DNA of 37,430 nucleotides from a virus (taxonomy: Duplodnaviria > Caudoviricetes), in IMG/VR virus record IMGVR_UViG_3300033562_002112, positions 1-37,430 of that record, one strand, 5' to 3'. Below the pieces are notes generated by a model, which saw nothing but the letters and a program-made list of their open reading frames with translations, searched no databases and was not told where the DNA came from. Position numbers and translations under genes: made by a program. Numbering within the stretch: the stretch's first letter is position 1; the number at the start of each line of letters is the position of its first letter. This document shows, piece after piece, positions 27,549-35,540 of the stretch.

Positions 27549-29906
27549 ATGGATACTAAATTAAGACAAATTGTCAGTAAAGCTGCTGGTACCTATTTTA
27601 TAGTTACCGATAATTCGCAAGTCGCAAATATCGAAGCTGAATCAAAAATGAGATTATTTTTTATTAACATGGAAAAAGGTCCTGTGAATATGCTTTTCAA
27701 ATTTGCGAAAGGTGACAGTTTGGGATTTTTATCTGTTTTTGGTAAAACTACTCGTTTACAAGAAAAAAAGGGAAATTTTTCAATTTCAACATGTCTTGAT
27801 GCTTTAAGTGCCGGTCCAATTGCCGTCATTAATCTTCGAGCATTTAATGAAAATGATAAGTCCGGATTAGTTGGTATGAATCCTAACATACTTGATTCAA
27901 ATGCTGTTGAATTTGAATATTCGAATTTATTTAATACAAATAATTTTTGGGCTCCTCAACCAAAAAATATGGTTGCTCCCCTTGAAATTGAAGGAGCTAA
28001 TTTATTGAATTTTGGTAATATTGGAAATAATAATTTATCAATTTTCGTTACATTTGCTAAATCATCTGATGTTCTTGCAATTACAAGTGAAGGACAAAAT
28101 ACACTTGCAAATTGTTCATTAACTATTGATGAATATCCTGCAATTGATCCGAATATGTTATTGGAAAATACATTTGTAAATGTATATGTTTTCAATAATA
28201 CGTTTAATCCTGTTACTGTAGGTACAAATCAATTTTATGGCCATTTATTTAATGCACAAGGAAATCTTGATTTTACCCGTATTGAAGAATTGATTGATAT
28301 TTCTGAAGCTGGTTTTGCAACTAAATTTACTGGTTCATTAATTCCAGGATTAGTTTCTGAAAATGATATTGATATTTCGATTGATAAAGTAATCAATCAA
28401 CAATATATGAATATCGGTCTTCTCGCATATATTAATGACGAATTGTTTGAAGCTTCTAATAAATTTTTACTCGATGTTTTTGCAGATGAGTTTTATGATG
28501 AAACCGGTGATGCTGTAAATACCAATTTATTATCTCATATTACTCCTGTTGCTTTAACAACTGTAGATGTTGTTTATCCATTAGTAACAAAAGAAGCAAA
28601 CGTAGCTCCTCTCGCAGCAAATGTTATAAATTATGGTTGTGTAAAAGTTGATACAAATAAATTCGAAGGTTCATTTGAACAAGGATTACGTGTTGGTGAT
28701 ATTTTAAAGGGAACTGAAGGAAAAGTTAAAATTGTAAGTATTGATATTATTGACGCACTTGCTATTATTGGTGACTCAACTTATACAAAAGTACAATTTA
28801 TTTGTTCAGGATCAGTTAAATTTGAAGATACTATTGTACCTGCTGTTATTGGTACTGGAACTGTAGAAAATCCTCAATTCCCCGCAAAAACAACTTCAGA
28901 AGTAACCAAATTTAATCTTTTCACAAAAACTGGTTTAATTAAACCATTTGCTTTAAATGCTTATGTTCCAAGATCAACACAATTTACTGATGGAACAAGT
29001 GAAAAACAAAATGAAATTCTGAATATGATGATTTCTCCTGGTATTGTAAAAGGAATAAAATCAGCAACCGGAATACGTTATGTAGTTGATTGTTTCAAAT
29101 CATTTGTTGAACCAAGTTATAAATCACAATTTGGATCATTAATGGTTTCACTTGATCAATCAAATAAATTTGTTCGTGCAATTATAAACGAACCATTTAT
29201 TGAGGATTTACAAAAATCTTCAAACCCTATGTTCAAACAAACCCCAACAGGTATTTTTGACTGGAGTTATGTACCAGAAGGTGGAAATAAAACCTATTCA
29301 AGCAAACTTTTAACAAAGTTTAGTTTAGGAGCAGAAATGTGTTTCTTTTTTGGACCAGGAAATATTGTTGGTTCTATTACAAAACCTTTGACCGGTTTAA
29401 TTTCAAATTTATTTTATAATAAAAGGTATGCTTTTGATGTTGTTGCAAATGCAACAGGATATGTTGATGGAATAGCTGAACTTGAATCAGCAATTGATGA
29501 TGATGAAAGAGCATATTGTGAAAGGTTTGGTTATAATCCAATAATTTATTTCGGTGGTGGAAATACTATTTATGGTAATTTAACCGGACAAAAAGCAAAA
29601 ACCGCTCAACAACAAATTCATAATTCGGAATTGCTCGCATATATAAAGGAATCTTTGTATAACCTCGCGAAAGGCGAATCTTTCAAAAAAGGTAATTATG
29701 ATGATTATCTTCGTACCGAAACCGAAACCACGAATTTTATGAATGGATTAGCTCTTGTTGGTGCAGTAAATGCAAACCCTGTCGTTATTTGTAATGCTTC
29801 AAATAATACACCGGAAATTGCGAAACAAAAAATAAAACTCATTCATATTGAATACACCCCAGTTGATTCTCTTGAGAAAGTTGTATTTGATTTACAAATT
29901 AATTAA
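27549..29906 (+). CDS. Tail sheath protein (gp18-like)
   Basis: AGTYFIVTDNS, KGPVN and FLSVFG at the N-terminus; DDERAYCERFGYNPI, IYGNLTGQ, QQIHNSELL, VICNASNNTPEI and IEYTPVDSLEKV at the C-terminus. Confidence 0.93.
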   Translation: MDTKLRQIVSKAAGTYFIVTDNSQVANIEAESKMRLFFINMEKGPVNMLFKFAKGDSLGFLSVFGKTTRLQEKKGNFSISTCLDALSAGPIAVINLRAFNENDKSGLVGMNPNILDSNAVEFEYSNLFNTNNFWAPQPKNMVAPLEIEGANLLNFGNIGNNNLSIFVTFAKSSDVLAITSEGQNTLANCSLTIDEYPAIDPNMLLENTFVNVYVFNNTFNPVTVGTNQFYGHLFNAQGNLDFTRIEELIDISEAGFATKFTGSLIPGLVSENDIDISIDKVINQQYMNIGLLAYINDELFEASNKFLLDVFADEFYDETGDAVNTNLLSHITPVALTTVDVVYPLVTKEANVAPLAANVINYGCVKVDTNKFEGSFEQGLRVGDILKGTEGKVKIVSIDIIDALAIIGDSTYTKVQFICSGSVKFEDTIVPAVIGTGTVENPQFPAKTTSEVTKFNLFTKTGLIKPFALNAYVPRSTQFTDGTSEKQNEILNMMISPGIVKGIKSATGIRYVVDCFKSFVEPSYKSQFGSLMVSLDQSNKFVRAIINEPFIEDLQKSSNPMFKQTPTGIFDWSYVPEGGNKTYSSKLLTKFSLGAEMCFFFGPGNIVGSITKPLTGLISNLFYNKRYAFDVVANATGYVDGIAELESAIDDDERAYCERFGYNPIIYFGGGNTIYGNLTGQKAKTAQQQIHNSELLAYIKESLYNLAKGESFKKGNYDDYLRTETETTNFMNGLALVGAVNANPVVICNASNNTPEIAKQKIKLIHIEYTPVDSLEKVVFDLQIN

Positions 29907-29909
29907 TAA

Positions 29910-31094
29910 ATGAAAGAATTTTCAAAATTAAAAAACCTCGAAACCAGGAAGGACCATCTGATTAATCAGATGGTCATTTCTACTGGTTTACCGGTTGAGA
30001 GAATTGAAAAACTTTATGAAAGTTTTTCATATGAAAATGATGGGGATTTTGTCAAAATTAATGAAAGTTTTTCTTCATTCATTATGCCATCAGCAACAAC
30101 ATTTGATTTCGAAAATTTTAAAAAACAAATTATTGATTTATCGCAACAAATTATTAATCCTCAAATTTCTCTTGAAGAACGCGAAAAAATTACTGATTTG
30201 ATGTTTAAAACAATTCAAGATAATTGTGGTATTTCTGTTGGAACTACCCAATTACTTGAAGTCATTTGTTACATATTACTTTTGAAAAATGATAAATTTC
30301 AAAAAATTTCTGAACAAATTTCATTTGGTAAAGTAACAAAAAGTCTTTTTGAATCAGAAAAAATAGATTTTACCCCGATAAATGTTTCAAAAAAGAATAC
30401 TGCTGAACAAAATTCAATAAATGCTTCCGAAGATAAAAAACTTTACGAAAGTTTAAAAAATATTCTTGCCAAAAATAACAAACGTTGGGGGTATAATTAT
30501 CATTTGGATAATACTTATAACGAAATTGTTAAATATTTGGATTCGGAAATTCAGGAATTAACAAACATGAATAATGTTCATACGGTTGGTAATACTTTCC
30601 ACATGGAATTATTAAAACAAATTTTGACAGAAAAACAACTTAATCAAAGTTATCGTCATATTGATGTTTTACGAAATTTGATTCCAGATATTCAAACTTT
30701 AGTTTTTGATTTAATGCTTCTTATTCATTCATATACTGAAAAAAATAAAGAAGTTATTGAATTTGTTGCCCGTGATACATTTATTGATTTTACGGATATT
30801 GAAAAAACATTATTTGCAGCAATTTCAAGTTCAAAAAAATCTTCCAAAATAATCAATAACAGTTTATTTTCTTCATCTGTTGCAAATAATTTTGAAATTG
30901 ATTTTGAAAAAATTGATATTGGTAATAATCCTATTCAATTACGTTCAGCAATTGATATGATTCATATTATTAAATCATGCGAAACTGAATTTAATTTACA
31001 TTTACGTAAAGTTATAAATAAATATGTTACAAAAACATTTAATCTTCTTGCCTCTACAGAAAAAATAATTCTTAGGGAAAGAAGTATTAAATAA
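29910..31094 (+). CDS. Hypothetical protein (394 aa) between sheath and tube; possible head-packaged protein
   Basis: Long ORF with repeated (L/I)xES motifs: KLYESF, KINESF, SLFESE, KLYESL. Confidence 0.65.
   Translation: MKEFSKLKNLETRKDHLINQMVISTGLPVERIEKLYESFSYENDGDFVKINESFSSFIMPSATTFDFENFKKQIIDLSQQIINPQISLEEREKITDLMFKTIQDNCGISVGTTQLLEVICYILLLKNDKFQKISEQISFGKVTKSLFESEKIDFTPINVSKKNTAEQNSINASEDKKLYESLKNILAKNNKRWGYNYHLDNTYNEIVKYLDSEIQELTNMNNVHTVGNTFHMELLKQILTEKQLNQSYRHIDVLRNLIPDIQTLVFDLMLLIHSYTEKNKEVIEFVARDTFIDFTDIEKTLFAAISSSKKSSKIINNSLFSSSVANNFEIDFEKIDIGNNPIQLRSAIDMIHIIKSCETEFNLHLRKVINKYVTKTFNLLASTEKIILRERSIK
29941..29989 (+). promoter_or_regulatory. Intragenic hairpin with a perfect 24-bp palindromic core
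   Basis: GACCATCTGATTAATCAGATGGTC (29952-29975) extended by AAACCAG/CTGGTTT. Just downstream of the sheath stop; no U-tract. Confidence 0.8.
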
Positions 31095-31167
31095 TTTTGT
31101 AAAATAGTTTAACAATAAATAATTTTATTGTAGTAAGTAAAAAAACAAATTTAAAAAACAAAACAAT

Positions 31168-31758
31168 ATGCCAACAAACGTAGTATTTCCACATTTAACA
31201 AATTCAACAGCCGCGGTTAATAAATATGAACCAGTAGTTGCTTCGAATTTTAATGCCCATTTTGTTTTAATGGGCAGATTAAAGTCAAAACTCGGAGATT
31301 ATTCTTTTCTTCGTGAGTATATAAAATCCGTAACTGGATTATTTGTTGAAAAAGCTGGTGGTACTATTGAAGCTGGTTACAAAACAACAAAATTCCGTTA
31401 CGATTCAAACGAGAAAGAAACATTCTATGATGTTGAAGTTCAATTTTTTAATTTCTTGGATAATGAATCAAAAATGTTTGTATACAATTCATTAGTAGCC
31501 TGGAGTCGTTTCAAACATAATCCATTAACAGGAGAAAAAACATTAAAACAAGATTATTCGGATGCCGCAATTATTGTTGAAAAATACAACAGAGACGGTA
31601 CTATTTATTGGAGAAGAATGGGACATCATTTATTTCCAATGAATGATTTTGAAGATCAAATAGCGGATTATAGTGCTCATGACATGAGTGAATTGGCAGT
31701 AACTTTTAACGTTGATTATGTTAGTGATATAACAAATGACCCACGTTTAACTGAATAA
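31168..31758 (+). CDS. Tail tube protein (gp19-like)
   Basis: 196 aa; YEPVVASNF, IEAGYKTTKFRY, VEVQFFNFLD, KYNRDGTIYWRR, LFP and LAVTFNVDY follow the tube fold pattern. Downstream of the sheath gene. Confidence 0.88.
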   Translation: MPTNVVFPHLTNSTAAVNKYEPVVASNFNAHFVLMGRLKSKLGDYSFLREYIKSVTGLFVEKAGGTIEAGYKTTKFRYDSNEKETFYDVEVQFFNFLDNESKMFVYNSLVAWSRFKHNPLTGEKTLKQDYSDAAIIVEKYNRDGTIYWRRMGHHLFPMNDFEDQIADYSAHDMSELAVTFNVDYVSDITNDPRLTE

Positions 31759-31760
31759 AA

Positions 31761-32081
31761 ATGCTCAAAAAACGAAATAATGAGGAAATTGGTATTTTAA
31801 CACCAGTTTCCTCATCATTAAATAATGGGAAAGAATTAACATTTTCAACCCCTAAAATAAGATCATACAAGGATGAAGCTATTTTAGTTTTAAATATCTT
31901 GGAAGCAAATAATATTGATATTTATAATCCAAGAAATAAACCCGGAATGTATCTGAATAGGAAAAACAAGAATAATATTTCATCAAAATTAAAGGAAAAA
32001 TTTCAAGAAAATAATGACGATGAAAATAATTCAAGTGAATTAACAAATTTATTTCAACACTTAAAAACAATCAAAAAATAA
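31761..32081 (+). CDS. Hypothetical protein (106 aa)
   Basis: Fills the gap between tube and chaperone genes with 2-4 nt spacers. Confidence 0.65.
   Translation: MLKKRNNEEIGILTPVSSSLNNGKELTFSTPKIRSYKDEAILVLNILEANNIDIYNPRNKPGMYLNRKNKNNISSKLKEKFQENNDDENNSSELTNLFQHLKTIKK
31776..31819 (+). promoter_or_regulatory. Intragenic hairpin, 14 bp (1 G-U) + 3 bp
   Basis: ATGAGGAAATTGGT-ATTTTAAC-ACCAGTTTCCTCAT (31780-31815); 19 nt into the 31761 CDS, directly after the tube stop; no U-tract. Confidence 0.75.
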
Positions 32082-32085
32082 TAGT

Positions 32086-33021
32086 ATGAAAAATGATAAT
32101 TTGGATGCTCTTTCACAATTAGAAAAAGAAACACAAAAAAATACGGATGATTCTGTCTTAGAACGTAATGATTTAAGACCAAATATGCTTGATGGCTATA
32201 AAATTCTTCAAAGAGAAGAATTGCCACAAAAAGGTGTTTTATATCCTGAATCATGGCAATTTGCTTATAGATGTCCAATAGCTAAGGAAGTAGCTAATTT
32301 TTCAACCCTTAATGAAAATGATCAACCAGCAATTATTGCGGCTGTTGAAGATTTGATACGTAAATGTGTTGTTATTTATGATGTTGAAAAAGATCGACAA
32401 GTTTCTTCGGGACAAGTAAATGATGCACATCGTACTTTTTTCTTATTATTACTTAGAGAATTTTATCTTCCTGGTAGTCCAATCACATATCCTTCTGTTT
32501 GTACTTTATGTAAAGAACCATTATCAATACATTTAACTTCAGATAAATTAAAATATTCCGAATTATCAGAAAAAATACTTAAAGATTTTGATGGTCGCAA
32601 TTTTTCATTATCAATGCCGGATATCGAAGAACCAATTAGGTTTTATATTCCCACAATAGAAATAACTTCAAGAATTTTCAAATATATCGTAAAAGTTTAC
32701 AGAGATGATCAAAACGATAGGGAAACAAAAGAAGATAAAATTGTTTATGACAAACAATTTTTGTTAATTGCCCCTTATTTATATGTGAAAGGAAATGAAA
32801 CTGTAAAAGAAATTATTCAAAAATTTAAAGGAATACAAAAAGACGAAAAATTATTTAAAGCATATTTGAATATTGCGGTAAAATTAAAAACAGACAATCT
32901 TGATTATATAGAGGAAATCTGTGGAAGTTGTGGGTCGACGGAGGAGGCTCTTTTACGATTTCCAGGAGGATGGAAAGGTATGTTTATCAACAAGACAGAC
33001 AATACTGGATATTTCAACTGA
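32086..33021 (+). CDS. Baseplate hub / tail assembly chaperone (T4 gp26-like) with two CxxC motifs
   Basis: ELPQKGVLYP, DAHRTFFLLLLRE, CTLC and CGSC. Located between tube and tape-measure genes; ends at TGA. Confidence 0.8.
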   Translation: MKNDNLDALSQLEKETQKNTDDSVLERNDLRPNMLDGYKILQREELPQKGVLYPESWQFAYRCPIAKEVANFSTLNENDQPAIIAAVEDLIRKCVVIYDVEKDRQVSSGQVNDAHRTFFLLLLREFYLPGSPITYPSVCTLCKEPLSIHLTSDKLKYSELSEKILKDFDGRNFSLSMPDIEEPIRFYIPTIEITSRIFKYIVKVYRDDQNDRETKEDKIVYDKQFLLIAPYLYVKGNETVKEIIQKFKGIQKDEKLFKAYLNIAVKLKTDNLDYIEEICGSCGSTEEALLRFPGGWKGMFINKTDNTGYFN

Positions 33022-33364
33022 TAAATTGAGAATTTGGAAGGAAAGAAATTTCCTTCCAAATTCTCAATTAATTTCATTAATTTATTCGCAGTCAAAGATT
33101 AATTTGTCAGATTATTATGAAACTTGCGCGATTATGTCGTCTGAATCATCAAATAATCAACAAATAATTGATAATCTTGAATATTATGTTTTCAATAATT
33201 TAATGGTTTATTATCAAAAAATAGCTGAAAATAAATCAGGTACAAACGGAAATGAACAACAAAATACTCAAAATCAAGCAGCTAATCAATTTTCTAATGC
33301 ACAAAAAAGTGCGAAACAATTAATGAAACCAAATCTTGGAAGCAGAAATTTTAAAAAGAAATAG
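32921..33364 (+). CDS. gp51-like / chaperone extension ORF overlapping the gp26-like gene in the +1 frame; true start uncertain
   Basis: INLSDYYETCAIM...IIDNLEYYVFNNLMVYYQKIAE resembles the small YYxxxxxL...IENM...Y ORF that follows gp26 homologues. Candidate starts are GTG 32921, TTG 33026 or ATG 33134, or entry by frameshift. Confidence 0.65.
   Translation: MEVVGRRRRLFYDFQEDGKVCLSTRQTILDISTDKLRIWKERNFLPNSQLISLIYSQSKINLSDYYETCAIMSSESSNNQQIIDNLEYYVFNNLMVYYQKIAENKSGTNGNEQQNTQNQAANQFSNAQKSAKQLMKPNLGSRNFKKK
33024..33069 (+). promoter_or_regulatory. Perfect 21-bp hairpin with GAAA tetraloop
   Basis: AATTGAGAATTTGGAAGGAAA-GAAA-TTTCCTTCCAAATTCTCAATT, 2 nt after the TGA at 33019-33021. Confidence 0.9.
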
Positions 33365-33365
33365 G

Positions 33366-35207
33366 ATGAACATTATGAGAAATTTAAACGAAGGAATTGA
33401 AGATTTATTGAATGGAACTATTGTAAGTAATATTCCTGATATTGATACGGTTTTGTCAACAACAAAAAAGAAAAAAAGAACTTCTATTTTTGGTGATGAT
33501 GAAGAAGTAATTCCAAAAATTTCTGTAATTGAACAATCACCTATTGTAATTCCGCAACCTATTGCTGAAGAATTTCAAGAAAATGTTGTTTCACAAATTT
33601 CTCAAATCGATCGGGTTCAAGAAATAAAAAGAATATCTGCTTTGCGTTCGAAAAAGAAAAATAAAACTGAACAAATAAGTCAGGTTTCTGCTGAATCTTT
33701 GGAAAAAAGGATGCAAGAAGTCAGAAAAGAAATTGAAGCTTTACGAGGAGAAGATTTACCAGAAAATATAAATATTATCGAAATTGAAGAAGAAGTATCA
33801 ACAGCTTTGGAAGATATTCCAGGAGCAGAACATATTGATATTGGTGATTTAGATATACGTGCAATTCCTACAAAAAAAGATAAAACAGGATATTTTAAAA
33901 GTGAAATTACCAGTAGGAAAGAAAATTATCCTGATATTCTATTGAAAATTGCTTCTTATGTAAAAAAACGTTCAAAAGGATTATTAATTCCAAGAAAAGT
34001 TGATTTACGTGTTTTAGCAAATACAAACAAAACACAATTAAGAGGTTCAGCTTTGAAATTAGGATTAACATCTATTGTTTTTAAACCCGATCCAAACAAA
34101 CTTAAAGTAAATAAAGGCACACGTTTCATGATTTCTGTTCCTGAAGATTATATGTCTTCAAAAAACATAATTGTCTATATTCAAGAATCAAGAAATAAAA
34201 AAATTATTCAACTGTCTCCTAATGATACACAAAAAACTCAAGATAATTTTAATGCGTTTATTGGGGACAGAGTAGTTGAGTATTATTTTTCAGGTTTTGA
34301 CATAACAGTTAAAAAACTTGAATTACGTTCAGTAAATAATCCATTAATGGACGTAACAACCAATATTATAGCAACACACGAATTTAAAGCAATTCCACAT
34401 GTTGACGAAAATTCCCATGTATATTCTGTTGATTTTTATTCAAAAGGAGTAGATAATCAATGGTTATATATTCAAGTTGTTGAAACAGAAATACCTGGAA
34501 AATATGAATTAATAGCAAAAAATAAAGTTGATCAAACTTGGAATTTTGCTTTAACTCAAAAACCTGTAACCCTTAATGCTTTAAATTCAAATCTTTATAA
34601 TATTCTTTCTTCTTGTTTTGGAAGAGTTTGGGATAAAGAATTAAATATTGAAGATAATATGCGTTTTTATTATTTGTATGATAAATTATCTCATGCAAAA
34701 TTGAAAAACGTAATGGTATATATGTTTGAAATGATGGAATCTGAAGAAAATTCAGAAGAAGATTTGGATTTTCAAGACAAGAAAATAAAAATTAATCCAA
34801 TAATAAAAGAAACATTATCCAAAAAAGATACAGCTAAAGCTTTAAAAATAGATTATGATTCCGAAGCTATTATCTTTAAAACAGATTTTATTGATTATTG
34901 TATTTGTTCATTTTTAGCATATCCAATTGTTGGAGGGGACAAAAGAAAAGGTTCAGATTATATAACAACTGAACAATATTATGAAAAATATAACGTAAAA
35001 GATACTCGAAATTATCAAGAAAGACAAAAAACAATTTCAAAAAAAGAAGGAACTGAAAGAAATTATAATTCAAGAATATATTTATATCAACTTGAATATT
35101 CTGTCAAAGGTAAAGTACATATATATAGAAACACAAAGTGGGAAGATGTTTTAAAAGAAACAGGAATTTTTACAACTTTAGTTAAATTTCCAGAAACAAA
35201 ATTTTAA
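33366..35207 (+). CDS. Hypothetical protein (about 613 aa); start re-assigned to ATG 33366
   Basis: The in-frame ATG lies 1 nt after the upstream TAG, fitting local gene packing better than TTG 33336. Charged low-complexity N-terminal third, globular remainder. Confidence 0.7.
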   Translation: MNIMRNLNEGIEDLLNGTIVSNIPDIDTVLSTTKKKKRTSIFGDDEEVIPKISVIEQSPIVIPQPIAEEFQENVVSQISQIDRVQEIKRISALRSKKKNKTEQISQVSAESLEKRMQEVRKEIEALRGEDLPENINIIEIEEEVSTALEDIPGAEHIDIGDLDIRAIPTKKDKTGYFKSEITSRKENYPDILLKIASYVKKRSKGLLIPRKVDLRVLANTNKTQLRGSALKLGLTSIVFKPDPNKLKVNKGTRFMISVPEDYMSSKNIIVYIQESRNKKIIQLSPNDTQKTQDNFNAFIGDRVVEYYFSGFDITVKKLELRSVNNPLMDVTTNIIATHEFKAIPHVDENSHVYSVDFYSKGVDNQWLYIQVVETEIPGKYELIAKNKVDQTWNFALTQKPVTLNALNSNLYNILSSCFGRVWDKELNIEDNMRFYYLYDKLSHAKLKNVMVYMFEMMESEENSEEDLDFQDKKIKINPIIKETLSKKDTAKALKIDYDSEAIIFKTDFIDYCICSFLAYPIVGGDKRKGSDYITTEQYYEKYNVKDTRNYQERQKTISKKEGTERNYNSRIYLYQLEYSVKGKVHIYRNTKWEDVLKETGIFTTLVKFPETKF

Positions 35208-35219
35208 AAAATAAAACTC

Positions 35220-35537
35220 ATGATAATTGAAAAAGTAGGGAATGACGGACGAACACAATTAATGATAGCTTTAAACAAACTTACATCAAGTTTGGTAAAG
35301 CGTAATGTATCGTTCGTTATTAACACACATTCGGAATTTGTTGGTACAATTAATTTGATTGTTACTGGAAAATTAGGTTCAGCACAAAAAACTATTGTAA
35401 TTATATATAATCATACTTCAGGGGAATGGGAAGGATATTCTGATGGATATTTATTCCGAATGTTATTATTGAATGAACTTTCAACTGTATTGAAAAGTAA
35501 AATCAATAAATTATCTGTTTTATTACATAAAGTTTAA
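35220..35537 (+). CDS. Hypothetical protein (105 aa)
   Basis: Tightly packed ORF directly before the tape-measure-like gene. Confidence 0.7.
   Translation: MIIEKVGNDGRTQLMIALNKLTSSLVKRNVSFVINTHSEFVGTINLIVTGKLGSAQKTIVIIYNHTSGEWEGYSDGYLFRMLLLNELSTVLKSKINKLSVLLHKV
35241..35321 (+). promoter_or_regulatory. Intragenic long compound hairpin
   Basis: Outer stem AATGACGGACGA/TCGTTCGTTATT (12 bp, 2 G-U); inner GCTTTA/TAAAGC and CAAACTT/AAGTTTG around an ACATC loop. Starts 21 nt into the 35220 CDS. Confidence 0.7.
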
Positions 35538-35540
35538 AGT

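Noticed and set aside
31013-31020. T4-type late promoter TATAAATA (several occurrences)
   Set aside because: An all-AT 8-mer is expected many times by chance at this composition, and the occurrences I saw are intragenic.
33019-33024. Stop-codon readthrough or selenocysteine insertion at TGA followed by a hairpin
   Set aside because: The next in-frame codon is TAA, so readthrough would add only one residue.
3915-33364. Bacterial contractile injection system (eCIS, tailocin, T6SS) instead of a phage
   Set aside because: Presence of head-joining neck proteins (gp13- and gp14-like), a resolvase and jumbo-phage-like gene sizes argues for a true phage.
457-35537. Alternative genetic code (TAG or TGA reassignment as in Lak or some crAss-like phages)
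   Set aside because: All long genes are uninterrupted under code 11; reading through the single TAG at 33362 adds only about a dozen codons.
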